Shown: one piece after another, positions 40,449 to 48,438 of the stretch
Layout of the letters: the number at the start of each line of letters is the position of its first letter
How positions within the stretch are numbered: the stretch's first letter is position 1
Origin: Chthoniobacterales bacterium
GTDB taxonomy: Bacteria > Verrucomicrobiota > Verrucomicrobiia > Chthoniobacterales > JAATET01
Length of the DNA: 64,000 nt
Reading direction: 5' to 3'
Assembly (NCBI GenBank): GCA_015655545.1
Contig: JAATET010000071.1
Location: forward strand, 2,526 to 66,525
Notes under the pieces: generated by a model
Seen by the model: the letters and a program-made list of their open reading frames with translations, nothing else
The model's database searches: none
Told to the model about the DNA's origin: nothing
Translations under genes and position numbers: made by a program

Positions 40449-41293
40449 GAGTTCGCCTCCGTTTCCGAATAAAAATGGCGGGCGACTTTGGATCGCGCGG
40501 AACGGGCGGCCGCATCCGCGCGGACGGCGATTTTTTCGAGAAACATCCGATAAAGCGCCGCGTAGGCTTTCACCCCGCCATCGTTTGCACGCCCGTCTTC
40601 GAGCATGAGCGGCGGACCGACTTCCGTTTCCAGACCGGAGCCCGAGAGCCAGGCCTGCGTCGCCGGCACGAATACGCGAGACACATCCTCCAGCCGCATC
40701 AGGAGCACTTTCGCGGCGCCCCGCTCGTGGATTTCATACGCGCGCGCGCGGGGAAATGGCTGCGCGAAAACGTCGACCCCAAACACTCCGCTCATCTCGC
40801 GATCAAACCATTCGTCGAACAGATCCCTGGGATATTCGCGGATAAAAACATTCACCAGATCATCGGCCAGCGCCCCCAACTCCTCGCCCCCGACCGCATC
40901 GCGAGACTTTTTCCGAGTCAGCACTCGACGACAAATCGCGCGCGTCTTCTCGGGAATCCGGTGAATCCAGTAAACGTGCAGATTTTGAAAAAATGCGGAG
41001 AGATCGCGCTGGAGAGGATCGCGCACGAGGCAAAGCACAAACCAACGCGCCGCGGAAAAATCCCCACCAAACCGTCGGCGCAGTTCGATGCTGCCGGACA
41101 AATGATCGGGAAATTTGCAGCGGGGCGCCTCGGGGCGATCGAGCCACCAAGCCATCCCATTCAACACGCCGCCTTCGCTGAGAGCGTGGGTCTGGTAGAT
41201 TTTTCGCGTCGGAAATCGCCGTTGCAGCGCACTGGCCACGCTGGTCGAACCGACCTTGCCGATTTGATGAACGCAAATAACCGCCGGCTTCAT
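40445..41293 (-). CDS. Sulfotransferase-fold protein, family-2-like (module copy A)
   Basis: The ATG at 41293 (ATGA overlap) gives 'MKPAVICVHQIGKVGSTSV' (PKxGGTS-like 5'-PSB loop). Also 'LCLVRDPLQRDLSAFF' (RDPxxRxxS 3'-PB-like). It is a clear paralog of 48435..49337. Confidence 0.6.
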   Translation of the reverse strand: MKPAVICVHQIGKVGSTSVASALQRRFPTRKIYQTHALSEGGVLNGMAWWLDRPEAPRCKFPDHLSGSIELRRRFGGDFSAARWFVLCLVRDPLQRDLSAFFQNLHVYWIHRIPEKTRAICRRVLTRKKSRDAVGGEELGALADDLVNVFIREYPRDLFDEWFDREMSGVFGVDVFAQPFPRARAYEIHERGAAKVLLMRLEDVSRVFVPATQAWLSGSGLETEVGPPLMLEDGRANDGGVKAYAALYRMFLEKIAVRADAAARSARSKVARHFYSETEANS

Positions 41294-41787
41294 TCGTGGG
41301 CCGGCGCGCCCACGTCGCGGAGCACCGGAAGGGGGCGCAGATTCGGGATGTGATCGTGGCGCGGAACGAACGAACGCGACTTCATGCTGAGGTTGCTGAA
41401 ATGCACGGCACCGGCCGTTTCCCATCCGGGACGCCCAAACTCCGCGCAGCCTTCGGCCTGCTCGAACATCCAGGTGTTTTTCGTCACGATCATCATGTCG
41501 GAGACATGCTGCTTTCCTTGCAAACGGTCGTCGGACATCACTTCGTAAGCTGCAAACAGCCGCGCGACGCGGTCGTATTCCGCCGCGGTGCCACTCACGA
41601 GACAAGGGACGCTCCGCTCGTAAAGCGCAAGATTGCCGACCGGACGCGGACGGAAGCTATAGTTGATCACATCGTAGTCGCACATGAACCCGCCGCCCGC
41701 CTGCGCGACGGCCAGCCAGCGGACGTAGCAATAGTAATCGAGCTTCTTGCGATTGATGCTGGGCAGCGCGCGGTAAGCGAGGAGCAT
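41290..41787 (-). CDS. Fragment 3/3 of the split Maf-like transferase: C-terminal half of a GT32-like domain
   Basis: 'KKLDYYCYVRWLAVAQAGGGFMCDYDVINYSF' matches the GT32/Caps_synth 'D..R..L...GG.Y.D.D' pattern. It is in the same frame as 41797..42621, separated only by TAA + 9 nt. Confidence 0.5.
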   Translation of the reverse strand: MLLAYRALPSINRKKLDYYCYVRWLAVAQAGGGFMCDYDVINYSFRPRPVGNLALYERSVPCLVSGTAAEYDRVARLFAAYEVMSDDRLQGKQHVSDMMIVTKNTWMFEQAEGCAEFGRPGWETAGAVHFSNLSMKSRSFVPRHDHIPNLRPLPVLRDVGAPAHE

Positions 41788-41796
41788 TTTGGTGAC

Positions 41797-42621
41797 TTAC
41801 TCATCAATCTGCACGGAGGATTCGTCGAGCACGATGGCCTCCCAGCCGTTTGCGGTCCAGCTGGCCTTCCAGAGATCGACCAGCGCCGCCTCGTGCTCGG
41901 GGATCTTGCCGTGGATCGGTGCGCAGAAGGTATAAACGACCGGGCGCGGCGGAAGCGCCGGCGGCAGATCGTTCGTCGAATCGCGCCGCGAAAGCGCGGG
42001 CACGTGCGAGGTGGTGATGTTGCGAAAAATGCGTCCGTCCTGCTCCCCCTGGCGCATGAGCAGCTCGAGAGTCGCGCAATGCTGATCGTAATAATCGGTG
42101 TAGCTGATTTTGAAAAATCCGGGATGCGCTTCCTTCGCGTCGTCCATTTTATCGGCGATCTGCGATGGGCCGTGATGGCTCCAAAAATATGTCTGCGCCT
42201 TGTCCGAACGGCCATCGCAGCCGCCCACGCAAATTTCACGGGCCAGCGTGGAGGCGACCGGGAGCATGAGCATGGTGAGAATGTTTCCCGTCTGGTTGGC
42301 GCTGAAATTCGACATCAGATCGAAGTTGAAACGTCCCAGTTTATGAATCGGAATGCCAATGATCCGCTTCAGGAGCTCCGCGGGAAAATGCGCGGCATAG
42401 TAGGGATAATGCGTGATGGGCACGATCGCGTAGAGCGGGTAGCGCATCATCGCATCGACGAGATTGCGCCGGAACTCGGCGGCATAGCGCGAGCAGCCGG
42501 CGTGGAAAACCGGATCCCCGCAGCAGACGATGGACGGCTGGATTTTATCCATGAGCCGCGTGTTGCGCACGAGGCTGTTGGAGACCACGCGCACACCGTC
42601 GAGCAGATGCGCGTCGGCCAC
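41797..42621 (-). CDS. Fragment 2/3 of the split Maf-like transferase: rest of the DUF115 domain + N-terminal half of a GT32-like domain
   Basis: Starts at a GTG 3 nt after an in-frame TAG. 'DPVFHAGCSRYAAEFRRNL', 'NILTMLMLPVASTLAREICVGGCDGR' and 'HPGFFKISYTDYYDQHC' align with 45313..48438. The C-terminal 'VVYTFCAPIHGKIPEHEAALVDLWKASWTANGWEAIVLDE' is GT32-N-like. Confidence 0.5.
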   Translation of the reverse strand: MADAHLLDGVRVVSNSLVRNTRLMDKIQPSIVCCGDPVFHAGCSRYAAEFRRNLVDAMMRYPLYAIVPITHYPYYAAHFPAELLKRIIGIPIHKLGRFNFDLMSNFSANQTGNILTMLMLPVASTLAREICVGGCDGRSDKAQTYFWSHHGPSQIADKMDDAKEAHPGFFKISYTDYYDQHCATLELLMRQGEQDGRIFRNITTSHVPALSRRDSTNDLPPALPPRPVVYTFCAPIHGKIPEHEAALVDLWKASWTANGWEAIVLDESSVQIDE

Positions 42622-42624
42622 CTG

Positions 42625-43341
42625 CTAGAGCGAGGGACCGGTGCCGAAAACGTAGGCGCGCGGCGAGTTTCCCAGCGTTTTTGCCATCGCGATGAATTTT
42701 TCCCGGCATTGCGCGACAACGGCCGAGCGGCAGGCGCCCAACAATCGCGGGACGTCGAGCCAGGTCGAAGCTTCTCTCGCATAGGTTTGGCGGTCGACAT
42801 TGAAGAAGGTCCGTCCACCGCGCCGAAACACTCCGTAGTTCGAAAGCTGAGCGGGCGGATCCCATAAACGGGAGTCCCAGACGAGCACGATGTCGGCATC
42901 GGCGATCACTCCGCGTTCGTCATCGAGACTTCCGATTTCGCGAAATTCGAAGAGCGGGAGAAGTTGCCGCCGGCACTGCGCGGTTTCCTCGTCGAGATAA
43001 GGCGGGAGATCGCGCTCTCCCGGCCCGATGCCGACCGCCACGGGAAAGATAATGCCGCGGATTTTTTCGACGACCGGGCTGAGATACCAGCTCGATCGAT
43101 AAACCAGATCCGCCAAGACCGCGGCATCGGAAATCGCCGGCAGGAACGTAACCGTGACCGCCCGCTTCCCGCCCAAGGCCGCAATCGCCGGAGCCATGAC
43201 GCCATTCCGCGGCGCAAATGTAAACACCCTCTCCGCGAGGGAAATAAGCCTGGCGTGTTTCGGGAGATAGTCTCGGGTTCGAGTCATAGAATGGTGGCGA
43301 TCTGAATCGGGCATGGTGTCCCACGCGAGCTGGAAATCCAA
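42625..43341 (-). CDS. Fragment 1/3 of the split Maf-like transferase: N-terminal region ending in the 'GTGPSL' glycine-rich motif
   Basis: Ends 'RAYVFGTGPSL*', exactly where the paralog continues 'AYCLATGPSLAAFKETNFDG'. The start is uncertain (TTG 43341, ATG 43314 or ATG 43287). Confidence 0.5.
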   Translation of the reverse strand: MDFQLAWDTMPDSDRHHSMTRTRDYLPKHARLISLAERVFTFAPRNGVMAPAIAALGGKRAVTVTFLPAISDAAVLADLVYRSSWYLSPVVEKIRGIIFPVAVGIGPGERDLPPYLDEETAQCRRQLLPLFEFREIGSLDDERGVIADADIVLVWDSRLWDPPAQLSNYGVFRRGGRTFFNVDRQTYAREASTWLDVPRLLGACRSAVVAQCREKFIAMAKTLGNSPRAYVFGTGPSL

Positions 43342-44085
43342 CTACGGGAAAAGCCCATAGCGAATGATCGCGTAGAGCGCTCGGAAGCCGTCCTTCCATC
43401 CGATCTTTTTTCCTTCCTCATAAGTCCGGCCGCGATAGCTGATTCCGACTTCGTAAACCACGCAGCGGAGCCTCGCAATTTTCGCGGTAATTTCGGGTTC
43501 GAAACCGAATCGATTCTCCTGGATGCGCACTTGCGCAATCACCTCGCCGCGGAAGATTTTATAGCACGTCTCCATGTCTGTGAGGTTGAGATTCGTGAAA
43601 CAGTTCGACATGAAAGTCAGGAAACGATTCCCGAGCATGTGCCAGAAATACACGACTCGATGAGGCCGCCCGCCCTGGAAGCGCGAGCCGAAAACCACAT
43701 CCGCACCATGCTCGAGAATAGGAACCATCAAGTCGCGAAGCTCGCGCGGATCGTATTCCATATCGGCATCCTGGATGGCCACGATGTCGCCGGTGACGTT
43801 TTGAAAGCCCGACCGCAGCGCGGCGCCTTTCCCTTGATTGACCTGATGATAAATCACCTTGTCCACGAGCGGCTCGATCTCCGCGCGCAGAACCTGGACG
43901 GTGCCATCCGTCGAGCAATCATCGACGACAATGATTTCGAGATGCTCCAGACCGCAGGATTTCACCGCAGCCACGATTTTGTGGATGCTTTCGCGCTCGT
44001 TGTAGCAAGGAATCACGATGCTGAGCTTCACGGTGGAAAGCTCGAGCTGGCGCGTGGGGAAATGGCTTTGACCCGGCGGTTGCAT
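43342..44085 (-). CDS. GT2 polyprenol-phosphate glycosyltransferase (DPM1/GtrB-like)
   Basis: '[18 protein letters not shown]', '[10 protein letters not shown]', '[13 protein letters not shown]', '[10 protein letters not shown]', 'VFGSRF' and the tail '[20 protein letters not shown]'. Confidence 0.85.
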   Translation of the reverse strand: MQPPGQSHFPTRQLELSTVKLSIVIPCYNERESIHKIVAAVKSCGLEHLEIIVVDDCSTDGTVQVLRAEIEPLVDKVIYHQVNQGKGAALRSGFQNVTGDIVAIQDADMEYDPRELRDLMVPILEHGADVVFGSRFQGGRPHRVVYFWHMLGNRFLTFMSNCFTNLNLTDMETCYKIFRGEVIAQVRIQENRFGFEPEITAKIARLRCVVYEVGISYRGRTYEEGKKIGWKDGFRALYAIIRYGLFP

Positions 44086-44198
44086 GATGGAAATGAAGGA
44101 GCGATCAAGCCGCCCCGGGCTCGGACAACCAAAGCGAGCGGCGAGCGCCGAAGACAGCTTTTTTCGACCGAGTCGTCAAATGGCTTCCGATCCGGAAA

Positions 44199-44984
44199 TC
44201 AGGCCGCGGGAGAGGCGCCGCGTTTTTGATAGATTTGCGTTTCCCATTCGGCGGCGAGGAGGCCGAAGCCGTCGAAGGCCGCGGCTGGAGGATTTGCGGC
44301 GCCGTGGGTCACGAGCAACCCGCCCTCTTTTATGGAACCGAGCAACGAAACCGGCGCGCGCGCGAAAGCATCCGCCGAGGTAATGATCAAAACATCCAAC
44401 GGCCCCATGCCGGTCGATTCGCCCGACACTTCCGAAATCGTGATCTCGCGGGGCGATCCGGAAAAAACGCGGCGCAGCATCGCCGCGCGCGACTCGGCCG
44501 CCGCTCCCGTCACGCCGACGGAAAGACGACGATCCAGCCGCCAGGACAGGGCGATGGCTTCGGCCACCAGATCGGGCATCGCCGCATCGATGTAGTTTCC
44601 TTCGAGAATTTCAGCGCGCTCGATCGCCCGGGCCCACTTCTCGATTTGTCCGCTTTCGAGCTTCCCTCCGAACATGGCGGCCCAATCCCCCAGCGCGGAC
44701 AGATCCAGTTCGCTCAGCCGACTCCGCGGCCCGGGGGACAAAAGCTCGCCGTAACGTCGGGCGGCATTTTCCTGCAGACGCACGAATCCGAGATGCAGCC
44801 GCCGCAACTGCGCATCCGTCGTGCTGCGCTCGATGCCGAGCTTGATCACGGCGACAGCACGTTCGATTTCGATTTGCCGGCGTTCGATATTGTCGAACTG
44901 CCGCCCCAGCCGTCGGCGGGTAATGACCAGCATTACGCCGGTAAAAAGCGCACTGACAAAAATGGAGGAAATAAAGACGAGCAT
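44199..44984 (-). CDS. TM + coiled-coil protein with a possible degenerate Rossmann/methyltransferase-like C-terminal region
   Basis: 'MLVFISSIFVSALFTGVMLVI' (TM), then 'IERRQIEIERAVAVIKLGIERS'. The C-terminal 'LDVLIITSADAF....LGSIKEGGLLVTHG' is only loosely MTase-like. Confidence 0.5.
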   Translation of the reverse strand: MLVFISSIFVSALFTGVMLVITRRRLGRQFDNIERRQIEIERAVAVIKLGIERSTTDAQLRRLHLGFVRLQENAARRYGELLSPGPRSRLSELDLSALGDWAAMFGGKLESGQIEKWARAIERAEILEGNYIDAAMPDLVAEAIALSWRLDRRLSVGVTGAAAESRAAMLRRVFSGSPREITISEVSGESTGMGPLDVLIITSADAFARAPVSLLGSIKEGGLLVTHGAANPPAAAFDGFGLLAAEWETQIYQKRGASPAA

Positions 44985-45005
44985 GGGGAAATTAAAAAAA
45001 CGGGA

Positions 45006-45308
45006 TCAATCGCCGGCGGGTTTCGACCGGGCATTGCCAGCCGGACGGTCGAGTTCGGAAAGACGGTCTTCCATGCGGCGGCAAACCGTGGCCACGCCCT
45101 CGAGCATGGCCGAGACGTGGCGTAATTCGGTCGCCGCCGCTTTTTCGGAAAGGGCCGCTTCGGCTTTGGCGAGTCGCTCGGCCATCGCGCGTTCCCGTTC
45201 GTGGATCGCGGAAATCGCCGCCCGAAATTTTTCCCGGGCCTTCACGGCGGCAAAGGCGATCAGGCCGCCCGCGACCAGCGCGCCTCCCGTAAACCAAACG
45301 TAAATCAT
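45006..45308 (-). CDS. Small N-terminal TM + coiled-coil protein (module copy B)
   Basis: 'MIYVWFTGGALVAGGLIAFAAV' (TM), then an Ala/Glu/Arg-rich helix ending 'MEDRLSELDRP'. It starts 4 nt after the stop of the 1041-aa gene. Confidence 0.55.
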   Translation of the reverse strand: MIYVWFTGGALVAGGLIAFAAVKAREKFRAAISAIHERERAMAERLAKAEAALSEKAAATELRHVSAMLEGVATVCRRMEDRLSELDRPAGNARSKPAGD

Positions 45309-45312
45309 TTCG

Positions 45313-48300
45313 CTATTTCCAAATGGTAAGTCGCCCGCGATGCGCGCCGGGAAAAACTTCGCGCAATTCCTCCATGCGATGGCGGAAAAATTGCCCGACT
45401 TGATAGCGCACGTTTAACCGCCGGAGCGCCGCGAGCCAAGCTTTCAGCCAATTCCCGATGCGGGCGGAAATGCTCGCCGGATCGGCTCCCGATGCGCGCG
45501 CGGCGGAATGCGCGTCAATCGCCGCGGAATAGGCCTTGCGCAGGCGAATCACCGCCGCCGGAGCGCCGCGTCGCACTCGGATCAATGCCGGATCGAGCAA
45601 AATAAGCACCCCCGGCTGGGCGGGCGGAATGTCCTCTCCGGCCGACACCTCACAAAGCACGCGATATTCTCCGGGGCCGTTTTTCCCGAGTGGAAAATAG
45701 CGTCCGCTCCACACCGCCCGCAGGCCATCGAGGTGGCGAAGCCGATCCAGAATCATCGTCCGCTCCGCATCCGTGCCGTCACAGAAAACCAGTGTCGCCG
45801 CCGTCCGCAGGGGCAGCACTTCCACGCCCCGGATATCGCGGGCGCGGCAAAGCACGACGGCCACCGCATCCTTTCCGAAAGTCGGCATCAACGTCGAAAA
45901 ATGACGACTCGCCCCGGCGAGCGCCGGGCACGCCACGGCCTTCCATTCGCGATTCATGAATTTTTCGAGCCAATCCGACGGAATATCGCCGAAAGCCACG
46001 GCGACTCGAGCCGCCGCTTCCTCGCGGAAGAACCGCGCGGCGACTTCGCAATCATCGACCTCACGACGATCCAGCCGCGTGTAGGGACCGAGCAAAGTCG
46101 GCCGGGAAGACAAAGGCCGCCGCGCCCCATCGAGCCGCGAAACGAGCTGTTGAAATAATTGCCGCGAGGCGTCCGCGCCGAGCTCGCCGAGAGCGCGTTC
46201 GCGCGCGGCCAGCGCCTTTTCTCGAAACACCTCCGGCGACGCAGCCAGCCGGCGCAGTTCGCTTTTCAGCAAGTCCGCCTCCGGCCGATCCACGACGATC
46301 GCCGCGCCCAGTTCCCGCGCCCGCCTTACGGTGGCGATGGTTTCCGGACCGAACACCAGCAGAGGCACGCCCGACGCAAGGCATTCAGGCAATTTGTTGG
46401 CCATCGAGAATTGCGTGTAAACGCGCGTGCGCTCATCGAAATTGTAGGCAATCAGCAGCGCGCCGGCCGTCGAAAGCAGCTTCGGATATTCCGACCACTC
46501 CACGGACGGAAGGACTTCGACCCCGCGAAGCCCGTTGAATTTTTCCCGCGCGACTTTGAACGCGGCCGGCAGCGCGCAGACCTCGAATCGGATCGGCAAC
46601 TCATCGCCAAGCTCGGCCACCGCGCGCGCGACCATCTCGACGCTCGCCAGCGTCATGTCCTCGGTGAGCCCGCCGCAATACCGGATGACCAGCGGCTCGC
46701 CCGGCTGTCGGCCGGAAGGCAGGCCGGTCCATTCCGACGGATCGATCCCATTGGCGACGGCCACGAAATCCTGCCCATAGCGTTCGCGATACGCATCACT
46801 CATCGCATCGGAAATGCTCAGCCGCACCGCGGATTGTCGCAGCAGGGCACACAGCGTCGGCTCGATGCGCGCGAAGCTTTCGGGATTTTCCATCCGCAGT
46901 CGCTCCGGCCAGTCGTCCATGATGTGCGTCACCACCGGCACGCCCGATCGCCGCACGATCTCCCAGCCCAGCTCCAAAAACTCGGGCGGGCTATCCGTCG
47001 GACGAAAATAAATCAGCTGCGGAGCGAAATCCGCACATTCCCGGAGCACGTCGTCGCGCGTAAGTTTCGCGCCCGGGAAATCCGGATGCGCTTCCTGGCT
47101 GTGCAGGCGAAAATACGATCCGTCCCTCGTGCTGAGCGGGCGGATTTGCAGGACTTTTTTCGCGGGCCATTTCTGGAAAAGCGTCGCCTTCAGCTGGCCC
47201 GTGGCATTGCGCGCGCCGATCTCGGTGAAGTCGATCACCAGCATGCGCGGCAAGTTCGCGGGGCGGCTCGACAGCGCCGGAATGAACGAGGGCGTGACGG
47301 TGCCGTATTCGCGCCCCATTTTCTCGCCGTCGTGAATCAGCTCCTCGAGCTGGCGGCAGTGGTCGAGATAGTAATCGTTGTAATCGATCGCGAAGAATCC
47401 GGGATGCACGAGCCGGATGGTTTCCATCTGGTCGTTGATCTGCGTCGTTTTGTTGTGCTGCCAGAAGTAGCCGCTCTCGTCGAGCGGACGCCCGTCGCAG
47501 CCGAGCAGATAAATTTTCCGCGCCAGCGTCGAAGCCACCGGGAGCATGAGATAGGTGAGGATGTTCGCCGTGGTGTAGACGCGAAATTCCGCCGCGAGAT
47601 CGAGATTGAAGCCGTTCGGCTTGTCGGACGGAATGCCGATCGTCCGCGCTTGCAGCTCCGGCATCGCGTCGGTCAGCAGGCCGTGATAACGCATCGGCAC
47701 AATGATCGTGTAGTCGTGCCGCACGCAGGATTCCCGCAGCTTTCGGCGGAATTCCGCCGCGTAGTTCGACGGTCCGTAATGGAATATCGGATCGGCAAAA
47801 ACCAGAAAGCGCGGGCGCACCCAATCCATCAATTCCTCGTCCAAAATCGCGCTGTTGCAGACGATGGAAAGCGCGCCGTCGAAATTGGTCTCCTTGAACG
47901 CGGCCAATGACGGGCCGGTCGCCAGGCAATAGGCCGTTTCGAATTGCCCGTATTCTTCCAGCAGCCGCCCGAAGCGAATGCGCGATTGTTCGATTTCGGC
48001 CTCGCGATCGGCCCGAAGTTGAAAATTCAATTCGACCCAGTTGCCGAATTCCTGCCTCGTGCGCACAGGATCGCCGCGGAGGATTTTTTTCCGGCTCAAC
48101 GCCTCCGTCCATTCTTCCTCCGTGAGAATGTCCCATTGCGGCGGATCCTCGACGAAGACCACGAAGTCGGTGATTACCAGGCGCTCGACAATTTCTTCCT
48201 TCGTCGGGACGGGAACAAATCGGACGCGGGGGCGCAGAGCTGGGAAATTGGCCGCGATGGCGGGATCCATGAGCACGGGCACCTTCCACTCGACATCCGC

Positions 48301-48438
48301 AAGCGTCGGACTCTCGAGATAAATCGTGCAATCGTGGAACGACGCCAGGCCGATGCCCCAGGCCATGCGGGCGATCAGATCGTGCAACTCCTCCTCGCTG
48401 CGGATCAGCGGCAGGATCGTGATGCGGCTTTCCTTCAC
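45313..48438 (-). CDS. 1041-aa multidomain transferase: unknown N-domain + DUF115/MptE-like (Maf-like) domain + GT-B (GT4-like) domain + unknown C-domain
   Basis: The GTG at 48438 forms GTGA with the upstream stop (the ATG at 48483 would overlap by 49 nt). DUF115-like 'CLATGPSLAAF...IVCNSAIL...PRFLVFADP...LLGCDG'. GT-B 'LLIAYNFDERTRVYTQFSMANKLPECLASGVPLLVFG'. I did not recognise the last ~265 aa. Confidence 0.7.
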   Translation of the reverse strand: MKESRITILPLIRSEEELHDLIARMAWGIGLASFHDCTIYLESPTLADVEWKVPVLMDPAIAANFPALRPRVRFVPVPTKEEIVERLVITDFVVFVEDPPQWDILTEEEWTEALSRKKILRGDPVRTRQEFGNWVELNFQLRADREAEIEQSRIRFGRLLEEYGQFETAYCLATGPSLAAFKETNFDGALSIVCNSAILDEELMDWVRPRFLVFADPIFHYGPSNYAAEFRRKLRESCVRHDYTIIVPMRYHGLLTDAMPELQARTIGIPSDKPNGFNLDLAAEFRVYTTANILTYLMLPVASTLARKIYLLGCDGRPLDESGYFWQHNKTTQINDQMETIRLVHPGFFAIDYNDYYLDHCRQLEELIHDGEKMGREYGTVTPSFIPALSSRPANLPRMLVIDFTEIGARNATGQLKATLFQKWPAKKVLQIRPLSTRDGSYFRLHSQEAHPDFPGAKLTRDDVLRECADFAPQLIYFRPTDSPPEFLELGWEIVRRSGVPVVTHIMDDWPERLRMENPESFARIEPTLCALLRQSAVRLSISDAMSDAYRERYGQDFVAVANGIDPSEWTGLPSGRQPGEPLVIRYCGGLTEDMTLASVEMVARAVAELGDELPIRFEVCALPAAFKVAREKFNGLRGVEVLPSVEWSEYPKLLSTAGALLIAYNFDERTRVYTQFSMANKLPECLASGVPLLVFGPETIATVRRARELGAAIVVDRPEADLLKSELRRLAASPEVFREKALAARERALGELGADASRQLFQQLVSRLDGARRPLSSRPTLLGPYTRLDRREVDDCEVAARFFREEAAARVAVAFGDIPSDWLEKFMNREWKAVACPALAGASRHFSTLMPTFGKDAVAVVLCRARDIRGVEVLPLRTAATLVFCDGTDAERTMILDRLRHLDGLRAVWSGRYFPLGKNGPGEYRVLCEVSAGEDIPPAQPGVLILLDPALIRVRRGAPAAVIRLRKAYSAAIDAHSAARASGADPASISARIGNWLKAWLAALRRLNVRYQVGQFFRHRMEELREVFPGAHRGRLTIWK

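Noticed and set aside
41290-43341. An alternative genetic code (TAG or TAA read as sense) as the explanation for the in-frame stops in the split Maf-like gene.
   Set aside because: TAG and TAA terminate well-supported genes elsewhere in the window at the expected protein ends. TAG ends sppA at 10822, the GT2 at 43342 and the 1041-aa gene at 45313. TAA ends NAT at 4836-4838, DUF1080 at 6335-6337 and the sensor kinase at 22434-22436.
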